From positions 474 through 64,473 of the forward strand of contig CAKURH010000001.1 of NCBI GenBank assembly GCA_934675625.1: 64,000 nt of DNA, read 5' to 3'. Within the stretch, counting starts at the first letter, position 1. Every line of letters starts with the position of its first letter. Below, piece by piece: positions 17,704 to 27,253 of this stretch. A program made the position numbers and the translations under genes. The DNA comes from an uncultured Kiritimatiellota bacterium (GTDB lineage Bacteria > Verrucomicrobiota > Kiritimatiellia > RFP12 > UBA1067). The notes below the pieces were generated by a model. That model was not told where the DNA came from. It was given only the letters and a program-made list of their open reading frames with translations, and searched no databases.

Positions 17704-20700
17704 ATGAATACAAAACTAATAGTTAAAGCGTTTCTCGGGGCGGTTTTCGCCTTGACCGGCGCGCGGCTCTCGGCGGAAACGCGGGTCGTCGACAAGCTCC
17801 ATGGGCCGTATTTTTCGGTTCAAGAAGCCGTGGATGCGGCATCTGAAGGCGATACGGTCTTCATCAAAAACGGCGTCCATGACGTGGGCGGCAGTCTCGA
17901 CGGCTTTAAGACGTCCATGTCGAACCGCGTCTACGTCACGAAGTCCCTCACGCTCGTCGGCGAGTCGAAGGAGGGCGCGATCATCAAGGGGGCCTACGCG
18001 ACGGAGGGCGTTGACGACAAGGGCCTCGGTTGCGGTGCGAACGCCGTGCGCTGTCTCGGCATCAATGCGGACAACGTCGTCGTCTCGAACCTGACGCTCA
18101 CGGGCGGCGCGACGCACAGCACGTCCGCCGGGAACGACAAGGAGGAGAACAACGGCGGCGGCGTCTACGTGGCGAACGGGAGGACGGGCGTCGTCCTTGT
18201 GGACTGCATCGTCTCCAACAACGTCGCGCGACGTGCGGGTGCGCTGCGCTACGCCAACGACGGTGCGGCCAATCACGGCAACTGCCTTCTCGTGCGCACG
18301 TGGGTTCACGCCAACAAGGCGCTAGACCGCGATCCCGCCGTGCGCGGATGTCTCGCGGCGTTCTGCCTCTTCACGGGGCATTACAGCAGCTCCAGCCTCT
18401 CCTATGCGGTGACGTTCGTGAACTGCACGTTCGCGGACGGCTTCGGGCGCAACCACAGCGGTAGCGCGGACGTGGCGGGCTACAACTGCCTCTTCGCCGA
18501 CACGTGGTTCAAGGACGAGAACGCGGTGGATCAGGCCCCGGCCGCCGCGCAGTGGCACAACTGCGCGTTCAACAAGCAGGACGCCACCACGACCTCGACG
18601 ACGAACGCGGCCTGCGTCTTCAATCCCGGCTATGACCTCTTCATGGCGCCGCCGCTCGCCGACTACCGCCTCCATGACGGCGCGATGACAGTCATCGGCA
18701 AGGGCGACGCTTCGTTCCTCGATCAGATTCCCGAAGCATATCGGAACATCGACTTCTATGGCCATGCGGTCGATGCCGCGTCCGTGAGTCTCGGCTGTGC
18801 GCAGGAAGTCGTCGCACCGACCGGCGGCACGATCACGTTTGCCGGGCAGAGCGGGATGTCGGACGCGAAACAGCCGCTCGGCAGCTATGGCGTGAAGACG
18901 GATTGCGGTCTCTATTCCTTCAACGGACGGCCCCTTGGAAACTCGAAAGACCTGGGCTACGTCCGCACGATGGAGGGCCGCACGGTCGTTACGGTCACGC
19001 ACGATCCGGCAGGCGCAACCTCAGAGGCGCGCCAAAATGGGCTTCACTCGTTTGCCGCGTCGGGATCGGACACGATGCGGCGCTTCGCGCAGATGGACGG
19101 CTCGTTTGCCCTGATGGCGCCGCCCGCCGGAAAGACGCTTACGCTTACGCCCACGTTCAACGATGCCGTCCTTACGGTCGATCGCGCCTCCACGTCCGAA
19201 AATCCGGATGGGACGGAAGACGCGCCCTATGCGAGCATTCAGGCGGCGATTGACAAAGTTGCTTCGGGAAAGTTCGCGACGATTCGCGTCAAGGCGGGCG
19301 TCTACGACAACGATGCGGGACGCTTGGCCAACAACCTCACGAACCGAATCTTCTCGAATGGCCGCAAGGTGAGGCTCGTCTCGGTGGACGGACGCGGCAA
19401 GGCCGTTCTGCTTGGTGCTCCCGATCCGAGCGTCGCACTCGATGCTTGGCCGTTTGGCTGCGGGGCGGGCGCGATGCGGTGCGCGGTCCTGCAGGACGGA
19501 TGCGCTATTCAGGGCTTTGCCTTGACGCGCGGCTACTCGAACACGAACGCCGACAACACGGGCCGTCGCGGCGGCGCACTCTGGCTGAACCAGGGCGCGG
19601 CGGCGCTCGACTGCGTCATCACGAACAACGTAGGCTGGCAGGGCGTCGCGATCAACGGAGCGGAATCCGGCCTGGTGCCGTCGGCGTTTGCCCTGCGGTG
19701 CTACATCGCCGACAATTATCCGATTACGGACGCCGCAAAGACAGGCGGCATTGGAGGCATCGTCCGCTCGACGACCGTTGGCTCGTCGATTCTCTACGAC
19801 AACCACGGCAGCAACTTCGGCAGCTATGAGCGGCAGTACACGTTCCAGACGACGCTTGCGGACGGTGCGGGCGCGGACAACGGCAACCTGCTCAATGGCG
19901 CCAATAACGTAAACGCCGTCATCCTCGCGAAGACTGGCAACCTCAGTAGTCCGACGCTCATCGGTGGCGTCTACCAGACGGCAAACGGCAAAATCAATGT
20001 GGAGGCCTCGTCCTCGTTCATGAACGCCGATCCCCTACTGGCCGATCCGGCGTACGGCGACTTTCGCTTGGGCGCGACCTCGCCCGCGCGAACGTGTGGC
20101 GTGACGACGCACGACGACTTTACGGATTCGACGAAGGCGGCCTACTACATGTTCGGCGCGACGGACTTCTTCGGCAACGTCTTCCGCCTGTTCGACGGCA
20201 AGCCCGTCTGCGGTGCGGTCGACCTCTATGCGCCGACGGTCATCTTCAACGGCGAGACGAAGGTGTTGGGCGTGTCGTCCGACCGCACGCTCACGTACAC
20301 GAGTACGGGCGACGATCCGCATCCGTGGCTTGGTCTGGAGGTGACAGAGAACGGCACCGTCACGACGAACGCGACGAAGAGCTTCACCTACACGGTGCCG
20401 GATTCGATAGACAACCCGTATGCTTTGACGATTCGCGACCTCTATGACTCGAACTGGTACGTGAGCGATGCGGACGGCGATGATGCGAATGCGGGTTCGT
20501 CCGCCGCGCCGAAGAAGACGCTCAAGGGTGCGCTTCAGTACGCCGTGTCGGGTGACACCGTGCACGTCGCGGCGGGCACGTATGCGACCGAGACGATGAC
20601 GCAGACGAAGGCGTTTGGAGCCATGAACAATGCAGCGTATGCGCTTCCGTCGCGCGCCGTCGTGCCGGCAGGTGTGTCCGTCATCGGTGCGGGCGCGGAC

Positions 20701-21897
20701 AAGACGTTTATCGTTGGTGCGGAAGATCCGTCGGCAGAGGCGGCAAACAAGGGTTGCGGGCCGAACGCTGTCCGTTGCGTCGCGCTTGCGAAGGGTGCGC
20801 GGCTTTCGGGCTTTACGCTGACAGGCGGACGCACAAACGCCGGAACCAAGAACGCCGAAGGAAGCTTCCCGAATGTCGATGATGACGAAGGCGGCGGCGT
20901 CTTGGCCGAATATGGCACGGAAGCCGATCTGGCGGTCGTCTCGGACTGCATCATCTCGAACTGCGTCGCACGGCGTGGCGGCGGTGGCTATAACGGGGTT
21001 TACAACCGTGTCCAGTTCTTGGAGAACAGCATTATCCAAAGTGGCAACGGTGCTGCTGCGCGCGGCAATGACGGCAAGTCCTGCATCCTTGCAAACTGCC
21101 TTATCGATCGCAACGAGGGCTGGGCGACGGTTTATTATCCGACGCTCGTCAACTGCACGTTTGGCGCGGACAACACGCACAGCGGCAACAGGGAGGGTCA
21201 GCAGGTTATTGCAGATGCGCCTGCCGTGACGAACTGCCTGATTTTGGGCACGAAGATTGCCACGGCGAGGACGGCGTTTTACGGTTGCGCATTCTCGTCC
21301 GCGACGGAAACGCTCCTGAAAAAGAACTCATCAGCGGGCGTGGATGCCAGCTGTCTTGTCTCGGACGACTTGTCGGTGGACGCGAATCTGGCGCCGGTCA
21401 TTGGCGCGAACGATGCGGTCGATGCGGCGGGGGCTGCTTTCTACGATGCGGCGAAGTGGGGCGATCTTGACGTCTACGGGAATCCGCGCGTGATGAACGG
21501 CAACCGGCTGGACGTCGGCGCGGTCGAGGCCGACTGGCGTCCGCTCTACACGAAGAAGATCGGCAAGCGGTTCGTCGTCACGGCGGTTGATCCGGCGGTG
21601 GAACTGGTCGACGACGGCGTGGCGATTCCGGCAGGGGCGTCGCTCGCGGCGACGGTTGGCCGTGCGGGCCGCGCGGATGGCGCCTACTTCCTGAAGGCGA
21701 CGGTTGCGGACGGCGCGACGTGTGCGGTCACGCGCGATGGCGTGGCGGCGGAGTCGCTGACGGCGGGCGAGAACGTGGTGCGCTATGTGACGGGCGAGAC
21801 GGGGCTTTCGGACTTCGTCTTCACGGCGGATGCGCTCGGCTCGACGGTGCTGTCGTCGCTCAAGGCCGACACCGGCATGCTGCTGATTCTGCGGTAA
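17704..21897 (+). CDS. Giant secreted right-handed parallel beta-helix (pectin-lyase-fold) protein made of three tandem homologous beta-helix modules
   Basis: Signal peptide MNTKLIVKAFLGAVFALTGARLSA. Three modules each begin with a …QAAID…G..V.VKAGVY-type cap and contain GCG.NAVRC…LTGG…GGGV blocks (about aa 60-200, 530-640, 905-1010). AT-rich 5' end. Confidence 0.7.
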   Translation: MNTKLIVKAFLGAVFALTGARLSAETRVVDKLHGPYFSVQEAVDAASEGDTVFIKNGVHDVGGSLDGFKTSMSNRVYVTKSLTLVGESKEGAIIKGAYATEGVDDKGLGCGANAVRCLGINADNVVVSNLTLTGGATHSTSAGNDKEENNGGGVYVANGRTGVVLVDCIVSNNVARRAGALRYANDGAANHGNCLLVRTWVHANKALDRDPAVRGCLAAFCLFTGHYSSSSLSYAVTFVNCTFADGFGRNHSGSADVAGYNCLFADTWFKDENAVDQAPAAAQWHNCAFNKQDATTTSTTNAACVFNPGYDLFMAPPLADYRLHDGAMTVIGKGDASFLDQIPEAYRNIDFYGHAVDAASVSLGCAQEVVAPTGGTITFAGQSGMSDAKQPLGSYGVKTDCGLYSFNGRPLGNSKDLGYVRTMEGRTVVTVTHDPAGATSEARQNGLHSFAASGSDTMRRFAQMDGSFALMAPPAGKTLTLTPTFNDAVLTVDRASTSENPDGTEDAPYASIQAAIDKVASGKFATIRVKAGVYDNDAGRLANNLTNRIFSNGRKVRLVSVDGRGKAVLLGAPDPSVALDAWPFGCGAGAMRCAVLQDGCAIQGFALTRGYSNTNADNTGRRGGALWLNQGAAALDCVITNNVGWQGVAINGAESGLVPSAFALRCYIADNYPITDAAKTGGIGGIVRSTTVGSSILYDNHGSNFGSYERQYTFQTTLADGAGADNGNLLNGANNVNAVILAKTGNLSSPTLIGGVYQTANGKINVEASSSFMNADPLLADPAYGDFRLGATSPARTCGVTTHDDFTDSTKAAYYMFGATDFFGNVFRLFDGKPVCGAVDLYAPTVIFNGETKVLGVSSDRTLTYTSTGDDPHPWLGLEVTENGTVTTNATKSFTYTVPDSIDNPYALTIRDLYDSNWYVSDADGDDANAGSSAAPKKTLKGALQYAVSGDTVHVAAGTYATETMTQTKAFGAMNNAAYALPSRAVVPAGVSVIGAGADKTFIVGAEDPSAEAANKGCGPNAVRCVALAKGARLSGFTLTGGRTNAGTKNAEGSFPNVDDDEGGGVLAEYGTEADLAVVSDCIISNCVARRGGGGYNGVYNRVQFLENSIIQSGNGAAARGNDGKSCILANCLIDRNEGWATVYYPTLVNCTFGADNTHSGNREGQQVIADAPAVTNCLILGTKIATARTAFYGCAFSSATETLLKKNSSAGVDASCLVSDDLSVDANLAPVIGANDAVDAAGAAFYDAAKWGDLDVYGNPRVMNGNRLDVGAVEADWRPLYTKKIGKRFVVTAVDPAVELVDDGVAIPAGASLAATVGRAGRADGAYFLKATVADGATCAVTRDGVAAESLTAGENVVRYVTGETGLSDFVFTADALGSTVLSSLKADTGMLLILR

Positions 21898-21932
21898 GTG
21901 GGAGGCCTACGGAGAGAGGTTTGAGGAGAGAG

Positions 21933-22500
21933 GCCTGCGGCGCATAACACGGAGGTGTTGGAGAATGGGAGGCACGGAGAATGAAAGGAAGTGCGCCGCA
22001 GGCTTTGGCTTTGGAGGCAGGGGTTCGCGCAGAGCCGCAGAGAGCGCAGAGGTTCGTAGGAGCACTCTGCGCGCTCCGCGTCTCTGCGTGAGGTCTATGA
22101 ATGAAGCGGAGTGTGGGCGGTTAAAGAAGGCCGAAGGTCTCGCTTCGCCAACCACTTCCGTGTCGCCGGACGGCGTTTCAGTGTCTTCCGTGGTCGAGAA
22201 TTGTGAAAGGTTTAACCACGGAAGGGGAGGAAGCGGGCTTCGCCCGGCACGGAACGAGGTTGGGGAAAGAAGACCTTCGGGGCTCTTCAACCACCGTTCG
22301 TCCGCCTTCGAGAGCGGTATTTCGCGCAGAGCCGCAGAGAGCGCAGAGATTCGTAGGAGCACTCTGCGAACTCAGCGTCTCTGCGTGAGGTTTATGAGTG
22401 AAGCGGAGTGTGGGCGGTTGAAGAAGGCCGAAGGTCTTGCTTCGCTAAACCTTTCTGTGTCGCCGGATGGCGTTTCGGTGTGTTCTGTGGTTCAAAGCAA
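21933..22500. repeat. Repeat block: partial MITE left arm (A2), then a tandem duplication of an about 300-bp unit (B element gcgcagagccgcagag…ctctgcgtgagg plus a 110-bp C element)
   Basis: The two units (about 22024-22200 and 22318-22500) are more than 85 % identical by eye. The track ORF 21965-22522 is just their translation. Confidence 0.6.
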
Positions 22501-22518
22501 AAGAAAGGAAATGAATCG

Positions 22519-23850
22519 ATGAAACGATGGGGTGCGTTCATGTTTACGGTTGCCGCCTTGTTGGCTGCGGTTGGCGCGGTGACGGGCGGGGAAACGTATG
22601 ACGTCATTGTCGCCGGCGGCGGGCCGGCGGGCATCGGCGCGGGCTACATGGCGGCGGCACGTGGCGCGAAGACGCTCGTCCTGGAGAAGTCTGGTCGTCT
22701 CGGCGGCATGGCCGTTCAGGCGATGGTCAGTCCGTTCTCGTTCTCCGTCGACAGCCCCGTCGTGCGACGGCTCGCCGCGCGACTTGCGATGGGCAAGACC
22801 GTCGACTTTGCGCGCGCGGACGTGCTGGCCTACGACGCGCTGACCGAAGCCGGTGCGGACGTTCTTCTGCACGCGGACGTGATCGGGCCGGTGATGGACG
22901 GCAATCGCGTGGTCGGACTGGAGGTGAATCTGGCCGAGGGGCGGCGCGTCTTCCGTGCGAAGGCTGTCATTGACGCGACGGGTGACGGCGTTGTCGCGGC
23001 GGCGGCGGGCGTCCCGTATGAGCAGGGGCGCACGGGCGACGGACTCGTCCAGCCGATGAGCGTCATGTTCACGGTCGGCGGCATCGCGCCCGGTCGGCGG
23101 CTGATCGCCGTCTCGGAGGAACAGGCGCGCGAGCAGAAGATCGGCGGCCGGACGTGGGAGGCGATTGTCGCCGAGGAGATCGCCGCCGGCAACCTGCCGC
23201 CGGAGGTCTCGGTCATCCGCCTCTACTGGGCGCCGGACGAGACGATGACGGTCGTCAACGCGACGCAGGTCTGCGGCCTTGACGGTGCAAAGTCGTCCGA
23301 CCGCACACGCGCGGAGATCGTCTGCCGCAAGCAGGCGTTTCAGGTGCTGGACGTCCTGCGCCGCCGAGTGCCGGGCTACGAGAAGGCGCAGATCGTCGAG
23401 ATGCCGGCGGTTGTCGGCGTGCGCGAGACGCGGCGGTTCGAGGGCGTTGATCGCCTGACGACGGAGGATGTGCTGACGGGGCGGAAGCGTACGGACGCGA
23501 TTGCGCGGAACTGCTCGTTCGTGATTGACATCCACAATCCGGCGGGCGGTGGACAGGCGCATGGGCGCGGCGAGAGCGCGACCGGGGGCGCGCGGCGCGT
23601 GAAGCCGTATGACATCCCGTATGGTGCACTTGTGCCAAAGAAGGTTGAGGGGCTGCTCTTCTGCGGACGCTGCCTTTCGGCGTCGCATGAGGCGCTGGCG
23701 TCGTGCCGCGTGATGGGCAATGCGATGGCGACGGGCATGGGTGCTGGCGCGGCGGCGGCCTATGCGGTGCGGCGAGGGATTGCGCTGCGCGATGTGCCGG
23801 CGGAGGAACTCGATCTCTTCGGCGCCGAACCTGAGCGAGGCGGGAAGTGA
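22519..23850 (+). CDS. FAD-dependent oxidoreductase (FAD_oxidored/GIDA-like family), secreted or membrane-anchored
   Basis: N-terminal hydrophobic segment, then the dinucleotide-binding motif YDVIVAGGGPAGIGAG. About 440 aa. Confidence 0.7.
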   Translation: MKRWGAFMFTVAALLAAVGAVTGGETYDVIVAGGGPAGIGAGYMAAARGAKTLVLEKSGRLGGMAVQAMVSPFSFSVDSPVVRRLAARLAMGKTVDFARADVLAYDALTEAGADVLLHADVIGPVMDGNRVVGLEVNLAEGRRVFRAKAVIDATGDGVVAAAAGVPYEQGRTGDGLVQPMSVMFTVGGIAPGRRLIAVSEEQAREQKIGGRTWEAIVAEEIAAGNLPPEVSVIRLYWAPDETMTVVNATQVCGLDGAKSSDRTRAEIVCRKQAFQVLDVLRRRVPGYEKAQIVEMPAVVGVRETRRFEGVDRLTTEDVLTGRKRTDAIARNCSFVIDIHNPAGGGQAHGRGESATGGARRVKPYDIPYGALVPKKVEGLLFCGRCLSASHEALASCRVMGNAMATGMGAGAAAAYAVRRGIALRDVPAEELDLFGAEPERGGK

Positions 23851-23863
23851 AGCGGAGAGGAAT

Positions 23864-24044
23864 GTCTGCGACGCTGAACACGGAGGAAACGGAGATTGGG
23901 AGACGCGGAGGCGTGGAGAAGGTTTTAGATAAGATTGACAGAATTGTTGAGGTTGGTTCGCCAAGCCTTTCTAATCTTGTGAATCCTGTCGGAAAAACTC
24001 CGTGTCTTCCGAACTCCGTCACCTCCGTGTTAAGCGCCGCAGGC
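23864..24044. repeat. MITE-like repeat, copy A4 (long variant with an about 75-bp internal insert)
   Basis: gtctgcgacgctgaacacggagg…ctccgtcacctccgtgttaagcgccgcaggc. Confidence 0.65.
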
Positions 24045-24068
24045 AAAAGGATGTTTGAGGTTTGAACC

Positions 24069-26675
24069 ATGAGAAAGAGAGAAATACGAATGAAACGACT
24101 TGTTGCTTTTCTGTCGGGCGTGTTGATGCTGACGATCACGACAAGAGGTGCCGTGACGGAACGCGCCGACGTTGTTTGTCCTGTGCCGTTTGAACGCGCG
24201 TTCACGGTCGCGGGCGTGACGAACGCGACCGTCGGCGCCTTCGCCGTGCCGTCCGAGACAGACCTCCGTCCGTGGCGCGTACGCTACTCGTTCCGCTACC
24301 GCACGGCGGGCTTTGCGGGCGAGGGGCTGCGGCTCGTCACACAGGCCGCGTTCGACGGTGGCACGCGGTTCGACAACCTCACGCCAACCGTCCGCAACCT
24401 GAACTGGGATGCGGGGACGACCTACCGCTGCGGGGCGTCCGAAGACTGGAAAAAGGTCGATCTCGACGTCGACTTCAAGAACGCGCTGCCGCCGGAGGTG
24501 CGCGTCGTGTGCGAGGGGCTGGTCGCGACGGGGCGCGTCGAGTTCACCGACTTCGCGGTCGCGCTCGTCCTGAAGCCACGCCATCGGCTCACGGGCGGCG
24601 AATTTCCGCTCGAAGGCGGAAACGTGCTGAAGCACGTCTTTTTCGCCGAGACGGGCACCGTCCACATCGCGCTCGCCGATCCGGCGCACGTCGTCCGTGC
24701 GGCGGTCCGCGTCCGAGACGCCGAGGGGCGTCCCGTCGGCGCGACGCGCGCGCTCGCCGCCGTCGATGCGGTGACGCTCACGGGGCGCGGATACTACACG
24801 CTGGAGGTCGCCGCGTCCTACGCCGACGGCACAAAGGTGACGACGACGGGGTCGGCCGCCGTCCTCGGCCCGGCGCCGTCCGCCGCGCAGACGGCGGATT
24901 CGCGGTTCGGCGTGATGGTCGTCAACGGCGGCGCGGGGGCGTTCACGCGCGCGTTGGGCAGTCGCTGGGACTGGCGCTTCTTCTTCCACGGCAAGGACAA
25001 CGCGGCGTTTGTCGGCCCGCAGTTCGGCGAGGGGGCGATCTACGCGGGACACCAGTCGCCGATCTACCCCGAGGCGATGGATCCGGCGCACGTCGGCAAG
25101 GGTGGTATGTGGCCGGCGAAGGACTGGGCGAAGCAGCGTGCGCGGACGCGGGCGTTCCTGGAGAAGAATCCGTGCTTCGCGGGACGCCGCCTCTGCCTCG
25201 TCAACGAGCCGGACTTCAAGTGGCGCGGCACGATTCCCGAAATGGTGCAGGCGCATCGGATCTTCGCCGAGGAGGCGCATCGCCTCTATCCTGACTGCGA
25301 GGTGCAGGGCCCGGCGTGCAGTCGCGTCAAGCCGGACTATCTGCGTGCGCTCGGCAAGGAGGGCTTCTTTGACTGCATCGATGCCGTCAACATCCACGCT
25401 TACGTAGACGGCACGAAGCCGGAGGGCGAGTTCCGCCTGAAGCTGCGCGAGGGAATGGACGTCATTCGCCGCGAGTTCGCGTGCGCGAAGCCGGTCTACA
25501 TCACCGAGTTTGGCTGGACGACGGAGAACGGCACGTGGCAGGAGCCGGTCGGCGAACTGACGCAGGCGCGCTACCTGACGCGTGCGTGCACGTTCGTCGC
25601 GTCCGAGGACATCCGCGCCGCCGTCTGGTTCTGCGATCTCTACGTCGCGCGCAACTACGGCGAGGGCGGGTTCTCGATGCTGCGACTCGGCAATGACTGC
25701 ATTTCGCCGAAGCCGGCGGTCGCCGCGTTCGCGACGCTCGCACGCAACCTGTCGGACGTGCAGGGACGGACGCGCGCGCAGATGATTGGCCCGGAGACGT
25801 GGCTCGCGACGGGGCGGCGTGCGGACGGCTCGGCCGTCACGCTCGTCTGGACGCGCACGGGCGAACGGGAGATTCCGCTGCCGGTGCGCACCGTGCGAGC
25901 GGAGAGTTTTCTGGGTGCGCCTGTCGCGCTCGACGGCGCGACGCTGCGCGTTTCGGAGTCGCCCGTCTATCTCTTCGGCGATGAGACGTATGAGGGGCCC
26001 GCGTGGGTCGCGCCGTCGGTGGACGCGGCAAAGCCGGTCGTCGTCGCGGCGGACGAGTATCCGCTCGGACGGACGGGCGTGGGCTGGAAGTGCCGCGACA
26101 ACTTGCAGACGCCGATTCTGCCCGACCGCTGCTGGACGGGCGCGACGAACCGCTGTCCGCGCGTGCGCGTCGCCTATTCGGACGAGGGGCTGATCTTCAA
26201 CGTCGAGGTGGACGATCCGAAGCACGAGCAGCCGTATGCGCAGGAACGCCTCATCGAGGGCGATGCCGTCACGGTCGCGGTCGATGTCGACCGGGGGCAG
26301 GAGTGGCAGCCGAACGCGCACATCACGAGCTTCAAGGGCCACCGTGCGTTCGAGTACACCGTCGCCTTGCGGGACGACGGCAAGCGAGAGGCCTGGCGGC
26401 GAAACGCCTGGGACTTCGACATCCGCCCGAACGCGCCAGTCGTCGTCTTCAACGGCATCTCGCGCATCCGGGAGGAGAAGACGCGCTACATGATTTGGCT
26501 CACGTGGCCGCGTCTTGGACTGGACGGCCCGCCGCCGCCCGGTACGAAGCTCGGCATCGCCGTTTCGGTCAGCGATCTGACGGACGGGGAGCGGAAGACG
26601 TACGACCTCTTCGGTGGCATCTCCGGCACGCCCGATCCGACGAAGTACGGCACGTTCGTCTGCGAAGGGAAGTGA
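24069..26675 (+). CDS. Secreted clan GH-A (TIM-barrel) glycoside hydrolase with N-terminal beta-sandwich and C-terminal CBM9-like domain; paralog of 30879-33494
   Basis: NEPD (acid/base) and ITEFGWTT (nucleophile) blocks. C-terminal RVAYSDEGLIFNVEVDDP… is CBM9/DOMON-like. Alternative start at 24090 (MKRLVAF). Confidence 0.7.
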   Translation: MRKREIRMKRLVAFLSGVLMLTITTRGAVTERADVVCPVPFERAFTVAGVTNATVGAFAVPSETDLRPWRVRYSFRYRTAGFAGEGLRLVTQAAFDGGTRFDNLTPTVRNLNWDAGTTYRCGASEDWKKVDLDVDFKNALPPEVRVVCEGLVATGRVEFTDFAVALVLKPRHRLTGGEFPLEGGNVLKHVFFAETGTVHIALADPAHVVRAAVRVRDAEGRPVGATRALAAVDAVTLTGRGYYTLEVAASYADGTKVTTTGSAAVLGPAPSAAQTADSRFGVMVVNGGAGAFTRALGSRWDWRFFFHGKDNAAFVGPQFGEGAIYAGHQSPIYPEAMDPAHVGKGGMWPAKDWAKQRARTRAFLEKNPCFAGRRLCLVNEPDFKWRGTIPEMVQAHRIFAEEAHRLYPDCEVQGPACSRVKPDYLRALGKEGFFDCIDAVNIHAYVDGTKPEGEFRLKLREGMDVIRREFACAKPVYITEFGWTTENGTWQEPVGELTQARYLTRACTFVASEDIRAAVWFCDLYVARNYGEGGFSMLRLGNDCISPKPAVAAFATLARNLSDVQGRTRAQMIGPETWLATGRRADGSAVTLVWTRTGEREIPLPVRTVRAESFLGAPVALDGATLRVSESPVYLFGDETYEGPAWVAPSVDAAKPVVVAADEYPLGRTGVGWKCRDNLQTPILPDRCWTGATNRCPRVRVAYSDEGLIFNVEVDDPKHEQPYAQERLIEGDAVTVAVDVDRGQEWQPNAHITSFKGHRAFEYTVALRDDGKREAWRRNAWDFDIRPNAPVVVFNGISRIREEKTRYMIWLTWPRLGLDGPPPPGTKLGIAVSVSDLTDGERKTYDLFGGISGTPDPTKYGTFVCEGK

Positions 26676-26702
26676 TGGGCGGAAGCGCTGAGAGATATTT
26701 TT

Positions 26703-27250
26703 CGCGCAGAGCCGCAGAGGGTCGTAGGGGCGCTCTGCGGACTCAGCGTCTCAGCGTGAGACTCGTGGAGGGGGTGTCTGCGACGCTGAACACGGAGGTG
26801 TTGGAGGATGGGAGGCACGGAGGTGGTGTGAAGCTTGAGACTCCGTGTCTCACAAACTCCGTCACCTCGCGCCCGCTTGCGCGCCCTTCGGGTTCGCCTG
26901 CGGCGAAGGTGCCCTCCGAAACGCCTTGCGTTTCTTCGGCGCATGTGTTAAACGCCGTAGGCAACAGGGCTCTGCGCACTCAGCGTCTCTGCGTGAGATC
27001 GTCGGTGCGAGGGGTGTCTGCGACGCTGAACACGGAGGAAACGGAGATTGGGAGACACGGAGGCGTGGAGAAGGTTTTAGACAGGATTGTTGGGGGTGGC
27101 TCACCAAGTCTTTTTGATCTTGTGAATCCTGTCAGAAGAACTCCGTGTCTCCTACACTCCGTCACCTCCGTGTTAAGCGCCGCAGGCTTTGACTTTTGGG
27201 GGAGAGATTCGCGCAGAGCCGTAGAGAACGCAGAGGTTCGTGTCGGTGCT
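26703..27250. repeat. Composite repeat block B-A5-B-A6-B (two MITE copies, one with a nested insert)
   Basis: A5 26774-26976 and A6 27014-27187 are separated by B fragments (…cagcgtctctgcgtgag…). Confidence 0.65.
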
Positions 27251-27253
27251 CTA

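Noticed and set aside
17685-17726. Upstream ATG (MLKNTKNEYKTNS*) between the C-tract and the beta-helix gene
   Set aside because: 13-codon out-of-frame ORF. It is most likely part of the AT-rich leader rather than a gene. A uORF role cannot be excluded.
21965-22522. 185-aa + strand ORF
   Set aside because: Translation of tandemly duplicated non-coding repeat units, with internally repeated peptide. It continues a repeat family found only in intergenic DNA.
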